NCBI GenBank assembly: GCA_963733195.1
Contig: CAVTCR010000037.1
Span: 1 to 34,895, forward strand
Reading direction: 5' to 3'
DNA from: an uncultured delta proteobacterium
GTDB lineage: Bacteria; Desulfobacterota; Binatia; Bin18
Length of the DNA: 34,895 nt
Positions within the stretch are counted from its first letter, which is position 1. Every line of letters starts with the position of its first letter. Below, piece after piece: positions 8,063-18,927 of this stretch. A program made the translations under genes and the position numbers. Under the pieces are notes generated by a model. That model was given only the letters and a program-made list of their open reading frames with translations, was not told the DNA's origin and searched no databases.

Positions 8063-11000
8063 ATGAAATTCTCTGACATCGTCAAACAAGCCACTACCCT
8101 CCTCCAGGACAAAGGCCAGATTTCTTACCGGATGCTCAAACGCGAGTTCACGCTGGACGACGAGACGCTGGACGACCTCAAAGCCGAACTCATTGAAGTG
8201 GACAGGCTCGCGGTTGACCAAGACGGCAAGATGCTTGTTTGGATAGGGGAAAGGATAAAGGGAGAAAAGGAGAAACGGAGAAACGGCAATACGGAGGGCG
8301 AAAAGGGGAAATGGGCGAAATCAGTGCTAAAGTATCAGTTGCCAGTCCCCAACCCCCAGTCATAGACGCCACCCCACTTAGCCGAACGTATCCGTGCAGT
8401 GTCCGTGGCGGATGGCGAGCGCAAAACCATCACCGCGTTGTTTGCTGATCTAAGGGCTCGACCGCATTGATCGAAGGACTCGACCCCGAAGAAGCGCGGG
8501 CGATTATTGACCCCGCCTTGCAGCTGATGATGGATGCCGTCCATCGCTATGAGGGCTATGTGGCGCAAGCCTTGGGCGATGGCATCTTTGCGCTTGTTCG
8601 GCGCGCCACTTGCCCATGAGGATCACCCCCAACGGGCATTATATGCGGCACTCCGCATGCAAGAGGAGATGCGTCGCTATGCCGACACGTTGCGAGCCAA
8701 AGGACATCCGCCGCTGTTGATGCGGGTCGGGGTGAATACCGGCGAAGTGGTGGTTCGCTCGATCCGCAAGGAGGACTTGCATACCGATTATGTCCCGATG
8801 GGGCACTCCACCAATTTAGCCGCCCGGATGGAACAATTAGCGGCGCCGGGCTCCATTCTTGTCACCGCCCATACCCACAAACTCACGGACGGCTACTTTG
8901 AGTTCAAGAATCTCGGCCAGACACACATCAAAGGAGTAGAAGAGCCGCTGAACGTCTATGAAGTGCTGGGCGCAGGGCCGTTGCGCACCCGACTGCAAGT
9001 CGCTGCCCGCCGGGGGCTGACCCGGTTTGTCGGGCGGCAGAGCGAACTGGAGCAGATGCAGCGGGCTTTTGAGCAAGCCAAGGCGGGGCATGGTCAGATC
9101 GTGGGCGTGATGGGTGAACCTGGACTTGGGCAAGTCGCGGTTGTTCTATGAATTCAAATTGCTCTCCCAAGGCGGCTGTCTGGTGCTCGAAGCCTACTCG
9201 GTCTCCATGGCAAAGCCTCGCCCTATCTGCCGGTAATTGAACTCCTCAAGAGCTACTTCGACATCCAGCCTCAGGACGAGGAGCGCAAACGGCGCGAGAA
9301 GGTCACCGGCAAGGTCTTGACCTTAGACCGCAGCCTCGAAGACACCCTGCCCTATCTGTTTGCCTTGTTGGGCATGGAAGAGCAGCCCTCACCGTTGCAG
9401 CAGATGGACCCGCAGATCCGGCGCAAGCGAACGTTTGAGCCATCAAGAAACTCTTTCTGCGCGAGAGTCTCAACCAACCCTTCATCCTCATCTTTGAAGA
9501 CTTGCATTGGATCGATAGTGAGACACAGGGGTTTCTCGATGTCCTGAGTGAGAGTGTGGCCAGTGCCAAGGTGCTGCTGCTTGGTGAACTATCGCCCCGA
9601 GTATCGCCACGAGTGGGGACAGAAGACGTACTACACCCAACTGCGCTTGGCGCCCTTCGGCAAAGCCGAGGCGGAAGAGTTTCTTGACGCGCCTTGTTGG
9701 GTGAGCCACCGTAGGGGCGACCGGCCATGGTGCGCCCCTACAAGCACTCAAACAGCTCATTCTGGAGAAGACCGAAGGCACGCCGTTTTTCATGGAAGAG
9801 ATCGTGCAGGAATTAGCTGAGCAGGGCGTACTTAGTGCGTGAGCGCGTGGAGCGTCGGCACGTCGCGCCATCTACCAACGGATCTGCATATCCCGACCAC
9901 CGTGCAAGGCGTCCTCGCTGCCCGCATCGACCGCCTCGCTCCAGAAGAGAAAGCCCTGCTCCAGCAGCTCGCGGTCATCGGGCGGGAGTTTCCGCTGAGT
10001 CTGATCCGCCAGGTAATCGCCCAGCCCGAAGAGGAACTATATCGTCTCCTTGCCGTCCCTGCAACACAAAGAGTTTCTCTACGAACAGCCCGCATTTCCC
10101 GAAGTCGAGTACATTTTCAAGCATGCGCTGACCCAGGAAGTCGCCTACAACTCGGTGCTGCAGGAGCGGCGCAAAGTCGTTGCACGAACGCACGGCGCAA
10201 GCGATCGAGCAGCTGTTTCACGACCGGTTAGAGGACACTACAGCGAGTTAGCGCATCACTACAGTCGCAGTGGCAACACCCAGAAGGCAGTAGAGTATCT
10301 CCAGCTTGCTGGACAACAGGCGGTGCAACGGTCGGCCAATACGGAAGCGATCACTCACCTCACCACGGCCCTAGAGCTGCTCAAGACCCTGCCGGACACT
10401 CCCGAGCGCACCCAGCACGAACTCACGCTGCAGCTCACTCTGGGCCGGCGTTGATGAGCCACCAAGGGCTATGCGGCCCCGGAAGTGGAAGCAGCCTACA
10501 CCCGGCGCGCGAGCTGTGCCAGCAGATCGGAGAGACTCCTCAGCTCTTCCCGGTGCTGTGTGGGACTGTGGACGTTTTATACTAGTGCGGGCGGAGTTAC
10601 AGACGGCCCGTGAGCTGGGCGAGCAGCTCCTTACGCTTGGCCCAGCGCGCACAAGACTCCGCTCTCCTTCTGGAAGCCCACAATGCGCTGGGAGACACCT
10701 TAGTACTGGCTAGGAGAGTTTGTCCTCAGCCCGAGAGCACCTAGAGCAGGGCATTGCCCTGTACGATCCCCAGCAGCACCACTCTCTAGCCTTCCTCTAC
10801 GGGGTATGACCCTGGGGTGGCTTGCCGTCTCTATGCAGCCTAGGTCCTGTGGCTCTTGGGCTATCCGGACCAGGCCCTGAAGAGGAGCCACGAGGCGCTC
10901 ACCCTGGCCCAGGAGCTGTCTCACCCCTATAGCCTGGCTTTTGCCCTAGTGCTTTGCTGCCTGTCTCCATCAGTTCCGCCGGGAGGGGCAAGTAGCTCAA

Positions 11001-11631
11001 GAGCGGGCAGAGGCAGCTATGGCGCTCTCTGACGAGCAGGGTTTCCGTTCTGGTTGGCGTGGGGACTATCCTGCAGGGCTGGGCGCTGGCCGAGCAGGGA
11101 CAGGGAGAGGAAGGAATTACCCAGATGCGCCAGGGCCTGGCCGCCTACCAGGCCACGGGGGCAGAGATTGCACGGCCGTATTTTCTTGCCCTGCTGGCCG
11201 AGGCGTATGGGAAAGTGGGCCAGGTAGAAGAAGGGCTGAGCGTGCTGGCCGAGGCGCTGGCTCTGGTAGACAAAACTGGGGAGCGTTTCTACGAGGCGGA
11301 GCTGTATCGGCTGACAGGCGAGCTGACGCTGCAAAAGTTCACAGTCGTCAGAGTCTAAGTTAACAGTCACCAGCCCCCAGCCCCTAACACCTCGCCCCCA
11401 GGCGAGGCCGAAGCGAGCTGTTTCTCAAAGCCATTGAAATTGCTCGAAAGCAACAAGCCAAGTCGCTCGAACTGCGTGCCGCGATGAGCCTGGCGCGGCT
11501 GTGGCAACAGCAAGGCAAGACAGCACAGAGAAGCTCACCAGATGTTATCCGAGATCTACAACTGGTTCACCGAAGGGTTTGACACCAAGGACTTGCAAGA
11601 GGCCAAAGTGCTCTTGGAAGAATTGGCCTGA
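8063..11631 (+). pseudogene. Class III nucleotide cyclase + STAND/AAA ATPase + TPR protein, copy 1; multiply frameshifted as given (may be sequence error)
   Basis: Fragments in order: MKFSDIV N-domain, ERKTITALFAD, YVAQALGDG, RVGVNTGEV, GHSTNLAAR, Walker A GEPGLGKSR, Walker B FEDLHW, FKHALTQEVAY, TPR region, and [22 protein letters not shown] ending at 11631. Confidence 0.9.
9711..9741. repeat. GTAG-type REP hairpin inside cyclase-STAND copy 1
   Basis: GTAGGGGCG-accggccatggtg-CGCCCCTAC with 9-bp terminal inverted repeats. Same protein position as the 34291-34318 palindrome in copy 4. Confidence 0.75.
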
Positions 11632-11643
11632 AATAAAAGGGCG

Positions 11644-12817
11644 GTGGCATCTATGAACGTGACCCATTTGTCTTGCTCGTCATGTCACGCCGAGTATGAG
11701 CCGGGGAGGCTGTACAACCTGTGCCAGCAATGCGGCAAGCCATTGCTCGTCCACTACGACCTAGAGCGTGCTGCGGTAACTTTGACGCGTGCTGCGCTGG
11801 CCGCGCGCGCTGCCACGCTCTGGCGGTATCGTGAAGTGCTCCCGGTCGAGCGAGAAGAGAATATCGTCACCCTTGGGGAGGGCTGGACTCCGTTGCTGCC
11901 CGCGCCACGACTGGGTGAGCAGTTCGGCATGCGCCACCTCTACATCAAGGATGAGTCGTTGAACCCGACGGCATCGTTTAAGGCTCGCGGCATGGCCGTC
12001 GCGGTGTCGATGGCGAAGGAGCTGGGCGCTACGCAAACTCGCCGTGCCGACCGCAGGTAATGCGGGAGGTTCACTGGCAGCATACGCGGCGAGTGCCGGA
12101 CTCGAAGCCTATATCTTCATGCCCCGTGACGTTCCACGAGCCAACCTGATCGAGTGCCAACAGTGCGGCGCCCACGTAACACTGGTGGACGGGGTCATCA
12201 CTGATTGCGGGCGTATCGTTGCGGAACGAAAAGAGCGTGAAGGCTGGTTTGATGTCTCGACCCTCAAGGAGCCCTATCGCATCGAAGGCAAAAAGACGAT
12301 GGGTTACGAACTCGTGGAACAACTGCACGGCGAGTTGCCCGACGTGATCATTTATCCGACAGGCGGAGGCACAGGACTCATCGGCATGTGGAAAGCGTTT
12401 GATGAGATGGAACGCCTGGGCTGGATCGGCGCGAGACGACCACGCATGGTGACCGTCCAAGCGGAAGGGTGTGCCCCGATTGTGCAGGCCTTTACTGCGA
12501 ATACCAACGTGGGCGCCGAGATTACCAATCCCCACACCGTTGCAGCGGGGTTGCGCGTGCCCAAAGCAATCGGCGATTTCCTCATCCTTGACATTCTACG
12601 TCGTAGTGGTGGAACCGCGGTGAGTGTAAGCGATGCCGAGATCATGCAGGCCGTGGCCGACATTGGCGCAACCACAGGGATCTTTGCGGCGCCAGAGGGA
12701 GCAGCGTGTGTGCCGGCGCTGAAAAAACTCCTCGAACGTGGTCAAGTAAAGAAAGAGGAACGCGTGGTATTGTTTAATACCGGTTCGGGACTAAAGTATC
12801 TGGACCTATACGCATAA
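11644..12817 (+). CDS. thrC: Threonine synthase (PLP-dependent, N-terminal Zn ribbon); one frameshift near 12030-12044
   Basis: CSSC..CQQC, LWRYREVLP, TLGEGWTPL, PLP lysine NPTASFKARG, PTAGNAGGSLAAYAA, PYRIEGKKTMGYE, YPTGGGTG, FNTGSGLKY. Confidence 0.88.
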
Positions 12818-12828
12818 GGAGGAACACT

Positions 12829-13238
12829 ATGAGCCAGGATGACATCGCACGGGATAAGGCGGCAATTGCGGAACTGATCGCCCGGTACAATTACGCTATC
12901 GACCATGAGGACTATCAAGGTTGGGCGAACACATTTGCTCCAGATGGCGTGTTCCACGGCATCATTGGGAAGTTTGCTGCACATAAGGAGCTCGACAAAT
13001 TCATTGCGAGTGTCAAGAACTTGACCGCAACCTCGCCTAATCTGCGGCACTATGTGACGAACATTCTCCCGGAGATCAACGGTAATGAAGCCCGCTGCAC
13101 CTGCTTTCTGTTGATGACCTCGACCACCAAAGAAGGCGGTAGCAAGATCGCCGCTGCCGGTGAGTATGAAGATCGCTTGGTGAAAGCAACGGACAGTGGC
13201 TGTTCCTGGAGCGGATCGTTCGTGTGGATGCGGCGTAA
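12829..13238 (+). CDS. SnoaL-like (NTF2 family) protein; frameshift near 13187
   Basis: AGGAGG RBS; IAELIARYNYAID...GEYEDRLVK, then in a shifted frame NGQWLFLERIVRVDAA* (TAA 13236-13238). Confidence 0.85.
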
Positions 13239-13252
13239 TGCACCGAAGACGG

Positions 13253-14452
13253 CTACATGAGCGACCCACTGGGTAATCCGACTAAGGTCCGACCATAGGA
13301 CTCCATAGCAAACTCGAACTGTAAGCCCAGATGCTGGCTGGCGGCGTGCACGTCACGCCAAATCCGCTGGAGCGGATGCTGGAGATACAAGGCACGGCCG
13401 CCGCTCAACTCAAACATGCGATCCACGACCCGGGTGGCTTGGCGCACCATGTAGCTGCGCCAAGCGTAGTACCGCATCCGCTCTTGCTCTGTCGGCAGGC
13501 GTCGTTCGTGACTATACAACGACATGATTTCCTCGGCGCACCGCAGCATGAGCCCTTCCACTGCGTCTAACGTCGTGGAGGATTCGGCCAAGGCTATCTG
13601 AGCGCTGGCCATTCCTTGTTGTGATGTCCCACCCGTCATATAGACAGGGACACGCGTCTGCACCCCCTGCTGAAAATGCGCGATGGCCGTCCGCGCAGAG
13701 CCGACGGATGTGGGCACCAGCGCGATCCCAAGGGTAGGAATGAAGGGAAGCCGATATAACGGGCCGGAATTCAGTTTGTGTCCGGGACTCTCACCAGTCC
13801 GTTGTGAGCGCTCTAACCAGAAGACCCGGTGGCGGGGCACAAACGCATCCTCAACTACAATCGTATTGCTATCTGTCCCCTGCATGCCGACGACATGCCA
13901 TTGATCATCCACCCGGTAATCCGTCTTCGGAACGAAGAACATCGTCCATTCGGGATTGCCGCCTTGTTCGGGAGTAACCTGCGCGCCGACCGCGACCCAA
14001 TCGCTGCACCACAAACCGCTTAAGAAGCTCCAGCGACCACTGAGCCGGTACCCCCCGGACACTGGTTGGACTTTTCCCACCGGAGCAAAAGAGTCGGCCA
14101 TCATCACACTTGAGTCCTTGCCCCAGATCTCGTGCTGCAATTCCGGCTCCACATAGCCGATCCAGAAATTATGGACCCCTAAAATGCAATAGACCCACCC
14201 GGTTGAGGTATCTCCCTTGGCAATCTCGGTTGCCACACGCACGAAGGTCCCCAGGTCCATCTCATAGCCGCCCCAGTGGGCTGGCTGTAGGATGCGGAGC
14301 AAACCTGACTCTTTCATGGCGGTCATCAAATCATCGGGCAACCGTCGTTGCTGATCGATAGCCTGTGTACGCTCCGCTGCCATCTGGGCGATCCCACGGG
14401 CTTGCTCAAGCAGAGCGTCTAAAGTCCTCTTGGCCTGTCGGTTCTCTGCCAT
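13253..14452 (-). CDS. Acyl-CoA dehydrogenase-fold flavin-dependent monooxygenase (HsaA/HpaH-like)
   Basis: GLLRILQPAHWGGYE, STGWV, GGYRLSGRWSFLSG, WHVVGMQGTDS, SGGRALYLQHPLQRIWRDVHAASQH. ATG 14452 follows GGAGGA. Confidence 0.88.
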   Translation of the reverse strand: MAENRQAKRTLDALLEQARGIAQMAAERTQAIDQQRRLPDDLMTAMKESGLLRILQPAHWGGYEMDLGTFVRVATEIAKGDTSTGWVYCILGVHNFWIGYVEPELQHEIWGKDSSVMMADSFAPVGKVQPVSGGYRLSGRWSFLSGLWCSDWVAVGAQVTPEQGGNPEWTMFFVPKTDYRVDDQWHVVGMQGTDSNTIVVEDAFVPRHRVFWLERSQRTGESPGHKLNSGPLYRLPFIPTLGIALVPTSVGSARTAIAHFQQGVQTRVPVYMTGGTSQQGMASAQIALAESSTTLDAVEGLMLRCAEEIMSLYSHERRLPTEQERMRYYAWRSYMVRQATRVVDRMFELSGGRALYLQHPLQRIWRDVHAASQHLGLQFEFAMESYGRTLVGLPSGSLM

Positions 14453-14587
14453 ACGTTCCTCCATGTGGATCAAACCATTAACACATCTCTCCATGATTCA
14501 TTTTTGGAACAATGCTCATCTTTCGCTCCCAACTACTGGGATATCGCACGTAGCGTCTTCTCTTTTCTGTTCGCAGCTCTCAGGCTT

Positions 14588-14937
14588 CTATTTTAATGGC
14601 AAATATTCAACCTTATTCGCGAAATCCTCAAGCTCACCAGCTTTGGCGAGGAATTCCAGATCTTTTATGCATTGGCCGATTGAAACCCTCTCTTGATGCG
14701 CATAAATCACGCCGGCAAAGACCTTTCTGCTCTGCTGCCGTTCTGCTGCCTCGCGTAGCAAGTCGTCGTCTTGAGTGAATAAGATGCGCTCCAGTGCCGT
14801 GGCGCGGTCAAGCAAATCTGGGTCGGAGAACCCCGTGCACCATCCGCCTGGGCAGTCAGAACATCCACCTGACGCAGACGCAGTCCTACAGTGATTGCCT
14901 GTGGAACGTGCACATCCATGTAGAGCTTGACACTCAC
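14588..14937 (-). CDS. DUF5615-like PIN-domain putative toxin; one frameshift
   Basis: MSVKLYMDVHVP...VDVLTAQADG / SDPDLLDRATALERILFTQDDDLL...FAGVIY. GTG start overlaps the TGA of the upstream gene. Confidence 0.82.
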
Positions 14938-15243
14938 GGTAATTTGCCCATTGCCCGCATGCGTTTACGGAAGGGTGAGTCGATGCTGCTTGTACCGCGC
15001 GTACATCAACTTCCTTCACTTGCCGCTCTATTTCCGCGTCTATTGTCGCTTGATGATCATAATAGTAGGAAAGGGCCATGAATTTGCGCTAACGAGAGAT
15101 CAGGATATTGAAAGTGATCTCCTCTGGACTAAAGCCATAAGCGGTCTTATCCAGCACGACTTCGATGACTTTACATTCGTGTCATCAATCCAGGCAATGC
15201 CTCGATAGTCGAGGTGAATATGAGCGGTTTCTGTATGGAGCAT
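14934..15243 (-). CDS. DUF433-family putative antitoxin; several frameshifts
   Basis: Reassembled across frames: MLHTETAHIHLDYRGIAWIDDTNVKVIEVVLDKTAYGFSPEEIHFQYPDLSLAQIH.ALSYYYDHQATIDAEIERQ. It is translationally coupled to the PIN gene and is not a single ORF in the track. Confidence 0.78.
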
Positions 15244-17010
15244 CGCAGTGTATCTCTTAACTGTCTTTTCTTATACCTTACCCATCCAAGGACAGTTCCT
15301 CCAACAGCGCCCTTGCCTCTTGCAGATCTTTGGTATCAAATCCTTCGGTGAACCAGTTGTAGACATCTGACAACAATTTGTGAGCTTCTGGCTGCTTGCC
15401 TTGCTGCTGCCAGAGGCGGGCGAGGCTGGTCGAGGTGCGTAATTCCCAGGACTTGGCTTGTTGCTCGCGGGCAACGTCGAGCGAGGCCAGGTAGTTCTGC
15501 TCCGCGCCGGCGAGGTCGCCTTGAAGCGCAAGCATCCAGCCTTTAAGCCGCAGGATTTCGGCCAGGTACCAGCGCTCTTCCCAGCCCGGCCGCGCAATCT
15601 GCGTGAGACTGTCCTCGATCAACTGCAATCCGCCCTCGATATCCCCGCTCAACGCCAAGCCTTCGGCCAGGACCGCTCGCCAGTACGGCATCCAAAGCTC
15701 GCCGCCATGCGCGTTCCATCGTTTCCATTGCACCCCGCAGCTGTGGAATGCCCTCGGCGAGGCGCCCGGCCCGCAGCCAGGCAATTCCCTTCATCAGCTG
15801 CGCCAGCACATCCGAGATAAAAGGCAAACTATGCGCGCGGCCTAGCCGCTCGGCTTCCTCGACCCGCGCCAGCATCTGCTCGGGTTCACGGCGGTGATCC
15901 CAAACCAGGCCGCCCACGGTGAGCGCCCAAGCCGAGGTCGAAAGGGATGGCCGCGCCGGCGTGCGTGCGCATCGTTGGCATCGCAGAGCTGCACGGCACG
16001 ATCCGGATAGCCCTGCATCCAGGTTCCCAGGGAACCGTGGATGCCGACAGTCACTTTTCGGGTCGGTGTTCATGAGGTCGGCGAGGTGAGCGGTGCTGCT
16101 CCTCGTCATACAGCGCCAGCACTCTGTCGTCCATGCTCGCGGGATGGGTCGAGATCTCCCCGCCAATAGTGGGTGATGCATGCCGCCCAGTGTGCCACGA
16201 TCAACAGATCCGAATCGCCACTGGCCTCTGCAGTCGCCAGCATGTCATTGACCCAGTCCAGCGACTCAGCGACGCGGCCCTGGACCATCACATACATCCA
16301 CAGTCCCCAGTAGATCGGCAGTAACGCCTCGTGGCGGCCGAGGGACTTGGCCAACCCCAGCGCCGGGTGGAGGCTGGTCCACACCTCAGGCGCTCCCCAG
16401 CCTTCGAGCGCCAGCCAAGCCATACCAAGCCGAGTGCGCAGGTCCAGTTCTTTCCCGTCGCGCTCCGGTGACGGCGGCAGCGTGCCGATCAGCGCCATCC
16501 CCTGGTTCAGGTGCGCAATCGCTTCCTTGAGCGCCAGACGTTTGCTGGCTCAGCTCGCCCGCCTGCTGCCAATAGGGAATCGCCTGTACGATGAGGCCCG
16601 CCTCGGTGTAGTGATGCGCGACTAGCTCCGGTTGGGTCTCGACGGTCTGCGGAAACTTCTTCACCAATACTTGCGCTACTTGTTGATGCAACTGCTGGCG
16701 ACGACTCTTGAGCAAGGACTGATAGGCCGTGTCTTGAATAAGCGCATGCTTGAAGAGATACGTTGCCTGGGGCGGTCGCCCACTCTGGTAGACCAGCTCC
16801 GCCTCAACTAATTGCCGTAGCCCCTGCTGCAACGTGTCCTCGGTGAGTGGGGAGACGGCCTGGAGTAACGTCATAGTTAAATTCGCGCCCAATCGTCGCT
16901 CCGACTTGCGCGATCTCTTTGGCTGCGCCGAGCCGATCCAGTCGGGCCATCAATGCATCCTGCAACGTGGCGGGAATGCCCAACCGTAGGGATGACTGGC
17001 CGAGTTTCTC

Positions 17011-17046
17011 TTCAGACTCAATAGACTCTCTAGACTCTACAGACTC
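17011..17046. repeat. 4 x 9-bp tandem repeat (nnnAGACTC) in copy 2 linker
   Basis: TTCAGACTC AATAGACTC TCTAGACTC TACAGACTC, encoding ESVESRESIESE. Confidence 0.75.
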
Positions 17047-17520
17047 CAAGACGTCTTGGTGAGTTCTTCAACAAACAACGGCACCCCATCGGTCTTACTC
17101 ACGATCTGTTGCACGACCTCGGCGGGCAGCGCTCTTGCCGTCCGTGTCGACCTTCTCCACCATCAGTCCCACCTGCGTCCGGCTCAGCCGACTGAGGAGA
17201 ATCTGGCTGAGATAGGAATGAGAACCCCACGGCGGCGTAAACTCAGGCCGAAAGGTCAGTACGGCAAGCACCCGTGTCGTCGGCACTTGCTCCAGAAAGA
17301 GCGTGAGCAATTCGAGAGTAGACGGATCGGCCCAGTGCAAATCCTCCCACGCATACGTCACGGCTTGCTGCTGAGCCTCGGCACAGAGCCAGGTGACGAG
17401 CGCTTCGTGGGTCTTCTCTTTCTGTTTCTGCGGACTCAGAGAGAGGGGAGGATAGCGATCGGGAAGTGGAAGTGACAAAAGAGAAGCAAACAATGGGACC
17501 ATCTCCTGCAGACGGGCAGT

Positions 17521-17595
17521 GTCATTGCGAGGAGCCGGAGGCGACGAAGCAATCTCTGTTTCGGGCAAAGATTGCTTCGCTACGCTCGCAATGAC
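17521..17595. repeat. 75-bp palindromic REP/RPE-like element in frame in the ATPase region of copy 2
   Basis: GTCATTGCGAG...CTCGCAATGAC terminal inverted repeats with an inner CGAAGCAATCT/AGATTGCTTCG stem. It encodes 25 aa (VIASVAKQSLPETEIASSPPAPRND) absent from the aligned region of copy 3. Confidence 0.85.
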
Positions 17596-18265
17596 TTGCA
17601 CCATTGAGTTGTCAGAGAGTCCGTAAGCTCCACTTCTACGCCCCAAGGCATGCTCCAGCTTCTCCAGCTTTTGCTCAGAGGAATCGGTTTGCTGAAACTG
17701 CAAGACTCGCTGCAAATGCTCAAGCACCGGATAGAGCGCACTGTTTTGGTGATACGGCGAACAGCGTAATTCCAGGCAGCTTACACCCTCGTGCTTGAGA
17801 GAGTCCTTGAGCGCTTCCACGAGTCGCGATTTGCCAATACCCGGCTCGCCGCTGAGCAGCACGACCTGCCCTTCCCCGTCTCTTACCCGTTCCCAACGCT
17901 CACGTAACAGCCCAAACTCATGTTCGCGCCCCACAAGCGGGGTGAGGCCTTTGCGTGCGACGACCTGAAACCGGCTTTGCGCTTCACCCTCCTTGACCAC
18001 GCGATAGAGGGTCAGCGGGGTCGCTACCCCTTTGAGTTCTGGTTGTCCGCGGTCCTCACATTCAAACAAGCCTTCCACCAAGCGATAGGTGGTTGCGCTG
18101 ATGACTACGGTATTAGGATCAGCTTGCCCCTGAATGCGCGCGGCAAGGTTGGGTGTCTCGCCTAACGCCAGTAGCTCTCGCTTTACTCCACCTCCCATCT
18201 CGCCAACCACGACAGGACCGGTATGGATGCCGATGCGCACCTGCAAGGGATGGTGGTAACCGTGT

Positions 18266-18298
18266 CCCCTCACCCTGGCCTCTCTCGAGGGGAAGGGA
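18266..18298. repeat. CCCTCACCC-type REP inside the cyclase domain of copy 2
   Basis: CCCCTCACCCTGGCCTCTCTCGAGGGGAAGGGA; a related element is intergenic at 22150-22232. Confidence 0.65.
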
Positions 18299-18927
18299 AC
18301 CTAGTTGCTGAAGTGCCTCGACAATTCCAATCCTGTCCGTACCGCCCGCTGGGCATCATCTTCATGCGCGACGGGATAGCCGAAGTACACCAACAATCCA
18401 TCGCCCAGATATTGCGCAATGTGACCACCAAAGCGTTCAATCACGGCGGCGCTCGTTTCCTGGTAGCCACGTACCACCTCGCGCAATTCTTCGGGATCAA
18501 GTTGCGTCGAGAGCGCAGTCGAGCCCACGAGGTCACAGAACATCACCGTCAATTGGCGGCGTTCGGCTCAGGGACTGGGGGCTGGGGCTGGGTGCTGGGG
18601 ACTGACAACTGGCAACGTGAGAACTGACAACTGCTTTGGTGCTGGGTGGAACTTAGAACTTTGAACTCGGAACTTTGAACTGGCGAAGCCCCGACCCACA
18701 CAAGCACCTTGCCATCTTCATCGACTGCGAGGCGTTTGGCGTCGATCAGGTCCGCCTTGAGGTCCTCTATGTATTCGTCATCGAGTGCAAAGCGGCGCTT
18801 CAAGACGCGGTAGGCCACCCGCCCTTCGCGCTGGAGCAAGTCGATCACTTGGGCCAAAATCTCGTCAAATGTGCTCATCGTTCATCCACGTCGCAGCGCA
18901 GCGAGAATCTCCACCGCGGCTTCCTGA

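Larger units (their letters stand above)
15278..18878 (-). pseudogene. Class III nucleotide cyclase + STAND/AAA ATPase + TPR protein, copy 2; multiply frameshifted as given
   Basis: MSTFDEILAQV N-domain, [37 protein letters not shown], Walker [33 protein letters not shown] region, and [25 protein letters not shown]. Confidence 0.9.

Noticed and set aside
12030-12044. Programmed frameshifting in thrC, RND, MFP or the MetE-like gene
   Set aside because: No consistent slippery site or stimulatory structure; scattered indels point to sequence error.
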